A DNA stretch of 64,000 nt from an uncultured Gemmatimonadales bacterium (GTDB lineage: Bacteria > Gemmatimonadota > Gemmatimonadetes > Gemmatimonadales > GWC2-71-9). How positions within the stretch are numbered: position 1 is the first letter of the stretch; every line of letters begins with the position of its first letter. This document shows, piece after piece, positions 17,621 through 27,341 of the stretch. Under the pieces are notes generated by a model. The model was given only the letters and a program-made list of their open reading frames with translations. It made no database searches and was not told the DNA's origin. The stretch lies in assembly GCA_963815325.1 (NCBI GenBank), contig CAWFGG010000010.1, positions 213,631 to 277,630 on the forward strand. The letters run 5' to 3'. A program made the translations under genes and the position numbers.

Positions 17621-19258
17621 ATGAAGAATCGGTGGGGCATCATCGTACTCGTCGCCGCAGTCTCCTTCTTTACCGGAGGGTGGCTGCTGCAGCGGGGCGT
17701 CGCGAGCGACGGCAACGTGTACCAGCAGGCCCGTCTGTTCGACGACGTGTTGCACCACGTGCACGACTACTTCGTCGACTCGCTTGGCGAGTCCGAACTT
17801 TACCAGCGCGCCACCACAGGAATGCTCGAGGGCCTCAAAGATCCCTACTCGGTGCTGTTGCAGGGCGAGGACTTCCAACGCCTGACGGAGCAGACCACGG
17901 GGAACTACGGCGGGCTCGGCATCCAGATCGACGTGCGCAATGGCTGGATCACGGTCGTGGCACCGCTACCCGATACCCCGGCCGAAGCGGCAGGGGTACT
18001 GATCGGCGATCAGATCATCGAGGTGGACGGGGTCTCGACCGAAGGCTGGTCGAGCGAGAAGGCCGTGAGCGTGCTGCGCGGCGAAGAAGGCACGTCGGTC
18101 GACATCAAGATCCGCCGTGCCGGGATCGCCGAGTCGCTGCCCTTCAACCTGGCCCGGGCCGTCATCCACCTGCGCTCCGTCTCTCCCGGCATGCTGATGA
18201 GTGATGGTGTCGGCTACGTCGGACTGCGCGCGGTCAGCGAGACATCGGCCGATGAGCTGCAAGCGGAAATCGACAGCCTCGTCTCCCAAGGCATGAAATC
18301 GATGGTGCTCGATCTCCGGGGCAACCCGGGCGGGCTGTTGGACCAAGGAGTGAAGGTCTCCGACCTGTTCCTCGACTCCGGGCAGGAGATCGTCTCGACC
18401 CGGGGACGGGCTCGCGGGTCGTCCCGCGCCTACAGCGACGAAGCCAAGCAGCGCTGGCCCAACCTACCGATCGTCGTGCTGGTGGACGCATGGAGCGCCA
18501 GCGCCTCCGAGATCATCGCCGGCGCCCTCCAGGACCATGACCGCGCGCTGGTGGTCGGCGTGCCCACCTTCGGTAAGGGTCTGGTGCAGACCCTCTTCCG
18601 GTTGGATGATGCCACGGCACTCAAACTCACGACGGCGCGTTGGTTTACGCCCAGTGGACGAACCATTCAACGGGAAGCACGGGACGCCGAGGACCAAGAG
18701 CGGCTAGCGCAGATTGCCGCAGCCCATGACGGCGAGGTGCCCGACTCCCTGCGGCCGGAAGGCGGCGACACGACGGCAGTGCCGGAATTCAGGACTGACG
18801 CGGGACGTATCGTACACGGTGGCGGCGGGATCGTTCCCGATATGATCGTACGGGCGGACACCTTGTCGGATGGGGAACAGGCGTTCTTCAATGACTTGGG
18901 AGCCAACCTCGCGGTCTACCGTGACGCCCTGACGAGTATTGCGCTCGAGCTCAAGGACTCCGGGACGAGTCTGCCCGAGAGCTTCACCATCACGCCCGCC
19001 CTCAGGGCGCAGATGGCCGCGCGGTTGGCGGAGCGGGGCGTTGTCATCGATCCGGCCATGTACCAAGGGGCCCGGAGCATCATCGATGATCAATTGGGGT
19101 ACGAGATTGCCCGCTACGTGATCGGCCGGACCGCCGAAGTTCGCAGACGAGCGGCCAACGACCGGCAACTCCAACGCGCCCTCGTGTTGCTCGAGCAAGC
19201 CGGCTCCCCCCGCGACTTGCTGGCCAAGGTGGAGCAAGAAGCCGGAAAGAACCCATAG
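17621..19258 (+). CDS. S41-family C-terminal processing protease (CtpA/Prc-like), copy 1
   Basis: DPYS, YGGLGIQI (PDZ), LDLRGNPGG, SASASEI, TFGKGLVQ, TTARWFTPSGR; GGAGG RBS before ATG 17621. Confidence 0.95.
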   Translation: MKNRWGIIVLVAAVSFFTGGWLLQRGVASDGNVYQQARLFDDVLHHVHDYFVDSLGESELYQRATTGMLEGLKDPYSVLLQGEDFQRLTEQTTGNYGGLGIQIDVRNGWITVVAPLPDTPAEAAGVLIGDQIIEVDGVSTEGWSSEKAVSVLRGEEGTSVDIKIRRAGIAESLPFNLARAVIHLRSVSPGMLMSDGVGYVGLRAVSETSADELQAEIDSLVSQGMKSMVLDLRGNPGGLLDQGVKVSDLFLDSGQEIVSTRGRARGSSRAYSDEAKQRWPNLPIVVLVDAWSASASEIIAGALQDHDRALVVGVPTFGKGLVQTLFRLDDATALKLTTARWFTPSGRTIQREARDAEDQERLAQIAAAHDGEVPDSLRPEGGDTTAVPEFRTDAGRIVHGGGGIVPDMIVRADTLSDGEQAFFNDLGANLAVYRDALTSIALELKDSGTSLPESFTITPALRAQMAARLAERGVVIDPAMYQGARSIIDDQLGYEIARYVIGRTAEVRRRAANDRQLQRALVLLEQAGSPRDLLAKVEQEAGKNP

Positions 19259-19366
19259 AAATCTGGTCTCGAGGAGAAGCCGGCGGCATTCCCGCCGTCC
19301 GTACACCAAGCCCAGGGAGCGGCCAGTGATGCCACTACCCTGGGCGCTTGCCGTTTCGGGGGCAGC

Positions 19367-20230
19367 ATGACCGGATACCGCGTCGCAATCGTCGGTGCGG
19401 GCCGTATGGGGCAGGCCTTGGGTCTGGCCATGGCGGAGGCCCGCTACACCGTGGTGCTACTCAGCCGGTCCCCGCGCACCCTGGCGCTGCCCGTCGCCAT
19501 CGAGGTCCACGACTGGGCCTCCCGGCTGGCGAAGTCGGAAGTCGTGCTCATTGCCACACCAGACCATGCCATTGAGACGGTTGCGGAACGCCTGCGCGGG
19601 GAGAACGCGATTGGCCCGGATCATGCTGTTTTCCATGTGTCGGGCTGGCACGACCGGCGGGCCATTCGGGCCCTCGAGGGAAGCGGGGCGGCATTGGGTT
19701 CGTTCCACCCGCTTCAGGCGATTGCGAGCCCGTCCCACGCGGCGGAACGCCTGGTCGGCGCGTACGTCGGAATCGAAGGCGATCCGCGTGCGATCGAGAT
19801 CGGGATGCGCATGGCCCACGATCTGCGCATGAACCCGGTGGAGATCCCGGCCGGCGCGAAGGCGGGCTACCACGCCGGTGCGACGATCGTGGCGAGCTAC
19901 ACGGTGGCCCTGATGGCGTTGGCGAGTCGTGTTGCGGAGCGGGCCGGGATTCGACCGGAGCTGGCCCAGCGGTTGTACGTGCCGCTCCTCCGAGGAGTGA
20001 GCGCCAACCTGGCTGAGGGGAATCCGGCCGCTGCGTTGACCGGCCCCATCATGCGAGGCGACGTCGAGACGGTGGTGGCGCACTTGGCCGAGCTGGCACC
20101 GGAGGAGCGGCCACTCTACCGTGCGCTGGGACGCTTTGCGCTGGAGCTGGCGAGGTCGAAGGGTCTGGACGGTGTGGCCGTCGCTGGGCTCGCCCGAGCG
20201 CTGGCCGATGTCGAGGATGGCGATGCGTGA
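19367..20230 (+). CDS. Rossmann-like + DUF2520 protein (PanG-type ketopantoate reductase family)
   Basis: IVGAGRMG, PDHAI, HVSG, SFHPLQ, YHAGA, ALTGPIMRGD. Confidence 0.88.
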   Translation: MTGYRVAIVGAGRMGQALGLAMAEARYTVVLLSRSPRTLALPVAIEVHDWASRLAKSEVVLIATPDHAIETVAERLRGENAIGPDHAVFHVSGWHDRRAIRALEGSGAALGSFHPLQAIASPSHAAERLVGAYVGIEGDPRAIEIGMRMAHDLRMNPVEIPAGAKAGYHAGATIVASYTVALMALASRVAERAGIRPELAQRLYVPLLRGVSANLAEGNPAAALTGPIMRGDVETVVAHLAELAPEERPLYRALGRFALELARSKGLDGVAVAGLARALADVEDGDA

Positions 20231-20310
20231 TGTCGCCCGAGGGCCCAGACGCTGCTCCATCCGGGAGGAGATTCCAGCCCTTGCGGGGGCGCTGAATTGG
20301 AGGGCATGCG

Positions 20311-21900
20311 ATGCGGCGGAGGTGGTTCACCGCCAGTGTGTTCGTGGCGATTCTCTTGGGGAGCGGCGCCTGGTTGGTGCAGGGGTCGATCCCGAGCGAC
20401 CGGCCGGTCTACGACCAGGCCCGGCTGCTCGAGAGCGTCGTGGACCTGGTGGCGAACTACTACGTCGACTCCATCGGCGAGGGCGACCTCTATCAGCGCG
20501 CGGCTCGCGGGGTGGTCGAGAAGCTGAACGACCCCTACAGCGTCTTGCTGATCGGACCCGAATTTCGCCGCGCAAACGAACGGTCGACCGGTAACTACGG
20601 CGGGATCGGGGCTCAAGTCGACGCGCGGGCCGGGTCGATTATGGTCGTCGCTCCGCTCCCTGATTCGCCTGCCGAGCGGGCCGGACTACAATCCGGCGAC
20701 CGCATTCTCGCGATCGACGGCGTCCCGACCCGTGAATGGACTCTGCGTGAAGCCGCGACGAGCCTTCGCGGGCCTATCGGAACGACCGTCGTCCTCACGG
20801 TCAGGCGTATCGGACTCGACGCTCCGCTCACCCTCCCCGTCACTCGAGGCCGCATCCACCGTCGCGGTGTCAAAGAAGGCCTCATGCTCGATGACGGCGT
20901 CGGGTACATTTCCTACGATTTCGTGAGCGAGAACTCGGCCCGGGAGCTTGGGCTGGAGGTTGCGCGCCTGGCGGCGGCCGGCATGCACAGCCTGGTGCTC
21001 GATCTCCGTGGCAACCCCGGCGGGATGCGCGATGAATCGATCGCTGCGGCGGACCTATTTCTGAACCCGGGCGATACGCTACTGGTGACGTGGGGTCGGG
21101 TGGAGAGCGAATCCCACGAGTTCATCGATGAATTTCCCCAACAGTGGCCCGACCTCCGCCTGGCCGTGCTGGTCGACGGCCAGGCGGCGAGCGCGGCGGA
21201 GATCCTGGCCGGAGCCGTGCAAGATCACGATCGTGGCCTGGTCGTCGGGGAGCCGACCTACGGGAAGGGATTGGTGCAGACTCAGTTCCGGCTCGGCGAG
21301 GATGTTGCGCTCCGGATTACGACGGCCCGCTGGTACACGCCAAGCGGCCGGTCGATCCAACGGGCGGAAGCCGATGTAGGGATAGCGCACCCGTCCAGGT
21401 TGGACAGTGGCCCGGTGGTTTATCAAAGCTCGGGCGGGCGCACGCTCCAGGGGGGCGGAGGGATCGTTCCCGATGTGGAGATCCCGCGAGACTCGATGCC
21501 CGACTCCGAGCAGGCACTCGCCGAAGTGCTCACGCCCCATCTCGCGCTCTTTCACGACGCGCTTACGGCGGCTGCGCTGGACATCAAGCGAGTCGGCACG
21601 GTCGAGCCCGAGGAGTTTGCCGTGACCGAGAACATGCGTCGCGACATTCTGCGTCGGTTGGCGGATGCGGGGGTCGAGCTTGAGACCGAGACGGTTCGGC
21701 TCGGCGGATCGCTCATCGATCGTCAGCTCGGGTACGAGATCGCCCGCTACAATTTCGGGCTGGCGGCGGAAATGCGGCGTCGAGCCTTGGACGACGGCCA
21801 GCTCCAGCATGCCGTCCAACTCCTGCGCCAGTTTCGAACGACCGAGGCGCTGCTCGGACTGTTGCCCCAGACCCGCGCCCACGCCGTCAACCCTGGCTGA
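20311..21900 (+). CDS. S41-family C-terminal processing protease, copy 2
   Basis: Same motif set as copy 1: DPYS, YGGIG, LDLRGNPGG, AASAAEI, TYGKGLVQ, TTARWYTPSGR. Confidence 0.93.
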   Translation: MRRRWFTASVFVAILLGSGAWLVQGSIPSDRPVYDQARLLESVVDLVANYYVDSIGEGDLYQRAARGVVEKLNDPYSVLLIGPEFRRANERSTGNYGGIGAQVDARAGSIMVVAPLPDSPAERAGLQSGDRILAIDGVPTREWTLREAATSLRGPIGTTVVLTVRRIGLDAPLTLPVTRGRIHRRGVKEGLMLDDGVGYISYDFVSENSARELGLEVARLAAAGMHSLVLDLRGNPGGMRDESIAAADLFLNPGDTLLVTWGRVESESHEFIDEFPQQWPDLRLAVLVDGQAASAAEILAGAVQDHDRGLVVGEPTYGKGLVQTQFRLGEDVALRITTARWYTPSGRSIQRAEADVGIAHPSRLDSGPVVYQSSGGRTLQGGGGIVPDVEIPRDSMPDSEQALAEVLTPHLALFHDALTAAALDIKRVGTVEPEEFAVTENMRRDILRRLADAGVELETETVRLGGSLIDRQLGYEIARYNFGLAAEMRRRALDDGQLQHAVQLLRQFRTTEALLGLLPQTRAHAVNPG

Positions 21901-21924
21901 GGCCGCCGGCCGGCCCCGACGGGC

Positions 21925-22581
21925 CTACTGATCAACAATCCGGACGCCGCCCGGGGTCCGGAAGTCGAAGATTCCCTTGGGAAGCGCCGCGTTGAGCCGT
22001 GGGGCCGTGAGCGTGATGGTTCGGCTCGTGCCGTTGAGCTCCGTGAGCTGGACCCGCCGTGGCAAAGCGCTTTCCTTGTCCAGCCAGACGACCGCCGCGC
22101 TGAACGGCAGATCGAGGTCGATGGGATCCAACCCAATGACCGCTACCGGGTGCCCCGCCAGCTCTTCGGAGCGGAGCAGGGTTGCCCGGTACCGTTCTTT
22201 TGGCCGGTCGAGAATCCAGCTCATGACGTTCACGCCGTAGGTCGGCGTTTTGGCCAGCAATATTCGAAGTACCTGCTTCGGTGCGGTGCTTGGCGTGTAG
22301 ACCCAGAGGAAGGCACCATCGGCCACAATGGCCTCGTCGGGCGGATCGCGGAAGCGCATGGACAGGCGCGACTCCCCGGCCTGCCACAATTCCCCGCGGC
22401 TCTCGAACCGGCCGATCATGGCGTTGTCGATGACCTGAACGAACTCCGACTGAAGCGACGTCGCGGAGCGATATTGTGCCGCGGCTCGCTCGAGCAAGGG
22501 CCAGGGCGATGGCGACTGGGGTGCAGCTGCCGCAACCTGGAGCGCGGCGGCAACTATGGCCATTGGCAACGCCGGGCTCAT
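21925..22581 (-). CDS. lolA: Outer-membrane lipoprotein carrier LolA
   Basis: Signal peptide; [21 protein letters not shown]...QV, terminal FDFRTPGGV; ATGA overlap with aroF stop. Confidence 0.87.
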   Translation of the reverse strand: MSPALPMAIVAAALQVAAAAPQSPSPWPLLERAAAQYRSATSLQSEFVQVIDNAMIGRFESRGELWQAGESRLSMRFRDPPDEAIVADGAFLWVYTPSTAPKQVLRILLAKTPTYGVNVMSWILDRPKERYRATLLRSEELAGHPVAVIGLDPIDLDLPFSAAVVWLDKESALPRRVQLTELNGTSRTITLTAPRLNAALPKGIFDFRTPGGVRIVDQ

Positions 22582-23618
22582 GAGCGGACGGTCGCGGGCT
22601 CGGCGATGCGGCGCCCGATCGCCTCGGCGATCGAGCGGCACTGATGCATGAGGTCGCTGAATTGGGCCGGGTGGAGGCTCTGGGCCCCGTCCGACAGGGC
22701 ATGATCCGGGTTGGGGTGCACCTCGACCAACAACCCGTCGGCCCCGGCCGCAACCGCAGCCCGCGCCATCGATTGGACCATGCTCCGCCGCCCAATCCCG
22801 TGGCTGGGGTCGGCCACGATTGGAAGGTGCGACAGCTCGCGAATGACGGGAATGGCGCTCACGTCGAACAGGTTGCGCGTGGCCGAGTCGAACCCGCGAA
22901 TGCCACGCTCACAGAGAATGACGTTGGGGTTACCCTCCGCCAGGATATACTCGGCTGAGAGCAGCAGTTCCTCGATGGTGGCGGCGTTGCCCCGCTTGAG
23001 CAGGATCGGCTTCTTGGTGCGGCCCGCCCCCTTCAAAAGCGGATAGTTCTGCATGTTCCGGGCACCGATCTGAAGGATGTCGGCCACCTCGGCAACGGCG
23101 TCCACCTCCCCCGGCTCCATGACCTCCGTGACGATGCGCAATCCGGTTTCCTGGCGAGCCCGGGCCAGCAGTGCCAGGCCGGGCTTGCCGAGGCCCTGGA
23201 ACGAGTAGGGCGAGCTGCGGGGCTTGAAGGCGCCGCCGCGCAGGACGGTCGCGCCGGCTTCTCGCACCGCATGCGCCACGGTCAAGATTTGCCGTTCGCT
23301 TTCCACCGAACACGGGCCCGCCATCACGACGACCTCTCGGTCGCCGATGGCACCCCCGTCGGAGAGCCGCACGATGGTGGGGTCGGGATGCCACTCGCGC
23401 GAGACTTCCCGGTACGGTCGTGTCACGTGGATCACATCCTGCACCCCGCTCAGGGCGGCGAAGCGTGCGCCGTCGAGCCGACCGTCGTTACCGACGACGG
23501 CCACGGCCGTGCGCTGTCCACCCGGCAGCGTCTTGGCCGAGCATCCCATTTCCTGGATCAGGGCCACGACCAGCTGAATATCTTCTGCGGTGGCGCCATG
23601 ACGCATGACCACGAGCAT
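22578..23618 (-). CDS. aroF: DAHP synthase, type I-beta with N-terminal ACT/ferredoxin-like domain
   Basis: [53 protein letters not shown]. Confidence 0.95.
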   Translation of the reverse strand: MLVVMRHGATAEDIQLVVALIQEMGCSAKTLPGGQRTAVAVVGNDGRLDGARFAALSGVQDVIHVTRPYREVSREWHPDPTIVRLSDGGAIGDREVVVMAGPCSVESERQILTVAHAVREAGATVLRGGAFKPRSSPYSFQGLGKPGLALLARARQETGLRIVTEVMEPGEVDAVAEVADILQIGARNMQNYPLLKGAGRTKKPILLKRGNAATIEELLLSAEYILAEGNPNVILCERGIRGFDSATRNLFDVSAIPVIRELSHLPIVADPSHGIGRRSMVQSMARAAVAAGADGLLVEVHPNPDHALSDGAQSLHPAQFSDLMHQCRSIAEAIGRRIAEPATVRS

Positions 23619-23791
23619 GTGCAACCTCGAAATCGGACAATTCAACCCACGCGCCCTCCGGGCCTCAGCCCGGTGGGCGTCACGATTGCGGGGGCCTCGG
23701 GTCTGCTTGGCAAGTGCCGCTTCCCGAGCCCTCGAAGCCTACCACGGTCTTCGCGTGCGGGAAAGAGGCCTCCCGCGCGGTCTCCCGGCTC

Positions 23792-26700
23792 TCAGGCGAC
23801 CGCTTCGACCGCCTGGTGCTCGCCGAGGCGCACGCCGACCACGCTGGAGACCCCCGGTTCCTGCATAGTGACGCCGTAGACCGCGTCGGCCGCCTGCATG
23901 GTGCGGGGGTTGTGGGTGATCACGATGAACTGGCTGGTCTGCTTGAACTCATCCAAGAGCCGGGTGAAGCGACCGACATTCGCGTCGTCCAGCGGGGCGT
24001 CGACCTCGTCCATCAGGCAGAAGGGGCTCGGCTTCGTCAGATAGATACTGAAGAGCAGGGACACGGCCACCAGCGTCCGCTCACCCGAGGAGAGCAAATG
24101 GATCCGCTGGGTGCGTTTGCCTCGCGGAGCTGCGTGAATTTCGATTTCGCTCTCGAGTGGATCGTCGAGCTCGGCCAGGCTGAGGCTGCACTCGCCGCCT
24201 CCGAACAAGGTCTGAAATACCTTCGAGAAATTCTGTTGGACGGCCTGGAACGTCTCCAAAAACATGGTGCGCGCCGTCGTGTCGATCTCCCGGATTGCCT
24301 GCAGCAGCGATCGCCGAGCCGACACGAGATCGTCCCGCTGGGTCTGCAGAAATTCGAAGCGCTTGACCTCCTCCCCGTGCTCCTCCATGGCGAGGGGATT
24401 GACCGGCCCAATCGTTTCGAGGGTTTCGCGAATGCGTTCGGCCTCGGCCTCGAGGGTCTCAAGATCGAGGTCGAGCACCTCGACGTCCTCACTCAAGGTG
24501 TCGAGCGGTCGTTTCCACTCGGTTTCCACTCGTTCGGTGATCCGCCGCCGTTCCGCTCCGACCTCCGCCGCCTCGAGCCGGAGTGCGTGGAGCTCTTCGT
24601 TCAGGGATTCAGCCTCTCGACGCACTGCGCCGAGCGCCTCCTCGGCGAGTTTGAGTTCTGCGTCCGCTCCCGAGAACATTGCTTCCGCCTCGGCTGTCGC
24701 CGTCTCCAATTCCAGCACGGCCACACGCCCCTCGGCCTTCGCCTCTTCCCACTCGGCTTGTTGGGTCGTCAGTCGCTCAGTTTCGGCGTTGATCCGGTGG
24801 AGCTCGTCGGTCAGGGCCTTGGCTGACGAATCCGCCTCGGCGCGCTCGCGCGCCAGCCGTTCGGCTGCCTCGCGCGATGCGCGTTGTCGGGCGTCGATGT
24901 GGGCGATCTGCACTTGCCAATGCACGCGGCTTTCTCGGGCCGACTCCAGTTCCGTCTCGAGTTCGTTCAATCGGGCCCGGGCCGCACCCAAATCTTCCTC
25001 GAGTCGAGCTCGGGCAACCGCACCCGATGTGAGTTCCTGATCGATCTCTGCCAGCCGCGTCTCCGCACGATGCAGGCGCTCTCGGACTCGTCCGAGTTCG
25101 GTTTCCGCCGTCGCCAGCTCGCGCTCGAGGCCCGCCGCGAGCCGAATCAGGTCCTCCCGCGTCGCGATCCCTCTGCGTTCTTCCTCCCGGGCTTCTTCCA
25201 TCGTCTGGGTTGCTTGGGCCAGCGCCGCTTCGCGGGACGTGATGCGCGACACCGCAGCAGCTACTGTGCTCTCCGCGGTGGTGAGCGACAGGGTTGCCGC
25301 TGCCGCGACTTGCACCAATGCGTCGAGTTCGGCGCGACGCTGAAGCGGACCGGTCGGCCCCGCCGGTGCCGACAACACGATGGCGCCGGTGGGATGACGC
25401 ACCACTTCGCCCGCGTCATCGAGCACTTCGGTCCCACCGAGTATGGCTTCGACCCACCGGGCCGCTGCCCGGTCCTCGATGTGGAGCCGGTTGTCGAGCG
25501 GTTGGCCTGAAGCCGGAACCGGTGGGACCTGATCGGCGGGGAGCAAGACCACGGTGCTGCCTTTGGAGGACGCATGCCACGCCTGGATTGCCGGCAGGCT
25601 AGCCGCATCGCGGATCAGGACCGCGTGCATCCACTCACCGAGAAGACGTTCGGCCAGCTTGGCATCGTCTTGCGAGGCCCGGATGAAATCGCTGAGGGGT
25701 CCGAGCACGGCATCGCCGAAGCGGGCGCGCGCGCCGAGCAAAGCGGCCGCGCCGGGGGCGAGACCGACCCGGTCGCGCTCCAATTCCTCCAGGGCCTGGC
25801 GCCGCGCGGTGATCTGGGCCAAGGACTCCTCGGCGCGCCTCCGGTCGGCCCTGGCCAAGGCCTCCTGTTCCCGCGCTTCCGCGACGAGGTGCCGGCCCCG
25901 TTCCGCGTCGCTGGCGGCCTCGCGCGCCCGCTCGACCAGCCGGTCGGCCTCACTCGATGCCTCAGCCCGCCGGCGCTCGATGGTGCCAAGCTCGGCTTCC
26001 GTAGCGGAGTGACGGGTTGTCGCCTGGGAGAGCTGTTCACGGAGTGTGGCCAAGTCCCCTTCGAGCGCCGAGTGTTCGCCCTCGAGTGAACGGTGGGTCT
26101 GCACTTGCTGGTGCAGGCGCTCTTCGAGCTGGCGCACTTTGTCGCGTTGTTCACCGAGGCGCTGGCGGACCGCGTCCTCCGCGCTGGTTCGAGTGGTCAG
26201 CTCGCCATGGATCCGGTCGTGCTCCAGCGCGGCTTCCTGGAGGTGCTGGCTGGCCGTTTCCCGCTCCCGCTCGGCGACGAGGGCCCGGGACTCGAGGTCG
26301 GCGCGCTCAGCCTCGAGGCGCTCCCGCCGGGCCGCCGCGTTGGCCAGTCGCTCGCGTGCGAGCGCCAGGTCTCCGTCGAGCCGTCCCACGTCGACCGAGG
26401 CGGCCGTGAGTCGGCGGGCGACGTCGGTGCGCTGCGTCTCGGTGGCCGTGCGCTGAGCGGCGCACGCTTCGCGATGCCGCTCCCGGGCTTCGAGCGTCGC
26501 CCGAGCCTCGGGCACCAAGACCTCCAGCTTGGCGTGCCGTGCCTCCATGCCTGCCGCGGCCTGGCGCAGTTGTTCCAGCTTCTTCCGGGCAAAGGTCACA
26601 TCCACCGCGAGCTTTTCTGCCATCAGCTTGGTGTGGCGCTCGGCCTTGCCTCGCTGCCGTGCTAGGCTCCTGATCTGGGTTTGGACCTCGGCAATGAGAT

Positions 26701-27277
26701 CTTCCACGCGCTGGAGGTCGATTCCGGTCTCCTCGAGCCGCCGCTCGGTGCTGTGTTTTCGGTCGCGATAGAGTCCGATGCCGGCCGCTTCTTCGAACAA
26801 CGACCGGCGCTCGTCCGCCCGATCGGAGAGGAGGAGGTCGATCATCTTCGCTTCGATCACGACGCCCGCATCGCTCCCCAGGCCGGTGCCGCGGAGCAGG
26901 TCATGAATGTCGCGCAACCGGACGGGGGTCTTGTTGAGCAAATACTCGCTCTGCCCCGAGCGCGACAGCCGGCGGGTGATTTGAACCTCCCGGTACGCGA
27001 TGGGCAGGTCGCCATCCGTGTTGTCCAAGTAAAGCGAGACTTCGGTGACGTTGATCGGCCGGCGTGTCGCGGCACCCTGAAAGATGACGTCTTCCATCTT
27101 GGCGCCGCGGAGTAAGCGTGCCGATTGCGAGCCGAGGACCCAGCGCATGGCGTCCGATATATTCGACTTGCCGCATCCATTGGGGCCGACGATGGCGGTC
27201 ACCCCGTCCTCGAACGGGAGGGTGATCGTGTCGGCAAACGACTTGAAGCCGGAAAGCTCCAGTTTGGTGAGCCTCAT
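23792..27277 (-). CDS. smc: Chromosome segregation protein SMC
   Basis: GFKSF, Walker A GPNGCGKSNI, coiled coils, hinge, signature LSSGE, Walker B MDEVDAPLD, ITHN. Confidence 0.97.
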   Translation of the reverse strand: MRLTKLELSGFKSFADTITLPFEDGVTAIVGPNGCGKSNISDAMRWVLGSQSARLLRGAKMEDVIFQGAATRRPINVTEVSLYLDNTDGDLPIAYREVQITRRLSRSGQSEYLLNKTPVRLRDIHDLLRGTGLGSDAGVVIEAKMIDLLLSDRADERRSLFEEAAGIGLYRDRKHSTERRLEETGIDLQRVEDLIAEVQTQIRSLARQRGKAERHTKLMAEKLAVDVTFARKKLEQLRQAAAGMEARHAKLEVLVPEARATLEARERHREACAAQRTATETQRTDVARRLTAASVDVGRLDGDLALARERLANAAARRERLEAERADLESRALVAERERETASQHLQEAALEHDRIHGELTTRTSAEDAVRQRLGEQRDKVRQLEERLHQQVQTHRSLEGEHSALEGDLATLREQLSQATTRHSATEAELGTIERRRAEASSEADRLVERAREAASDAERGRHLVAEAREQEALARADRRRAEESLAQITARRQALEELERDRVGLAPGAAALLGARARFGDAVLGPLSDFIRASQDDAKLAERLLGEWMHAVLIRDAASLPAIQAWHASSKGSTVVLLPADQVPPVPASGQPLDNRLHIEDRAAARWVEAILGGTEVLDDAGEVVRHPTGAIVLSAPAGPTGPLQRRAELDALVQVAAAATLSLTTAESTVAAAVSRITSREAALAQATQTMEEAREEERRGIATREDLIRLAAGLERELATAETELGRVRERLHRAETRLAEIDQELTSGAVARARLEEDLGAARARLNELETELESARESRVHWQVQIAHIDARQRASREAAERLARERAEADSSAKALTDELHRINAETERLTTQQAEWEEAKAEGRVAVLELETATAEAEAMFSGADAELKLAEEALGAVRREAESLNEELHALRLEAAEVGAERRRITERVETEWKRPLDTLSEDVEVLDLDLETLEAEAERIRETLETIGPVNPLAMEEHGEEVKRFEFLQTQRDDLVSARRSLLQAIREIDTTARTMFLETFQAVQQNFSKVFQTLFGGGECSLSLAELDDPLESEIEIHAAPRGKRTQRIHLLSSGERTLVAVSLLFSIYLTKPSPFCLMDEVDAPLDDANVGRFTRLLDEFKQTSQFIVITHNPRTMQAADAVYGVTMQEPGVSSVVGVRLGEHQAVEAVA

Positions 27278-27341
27278 AGGGGCGGTCCGGTCTCGGTGTC
27301 AGCGGACGCACACGGGGAGTGGGCCGGAGCGGGTCTCGCGG

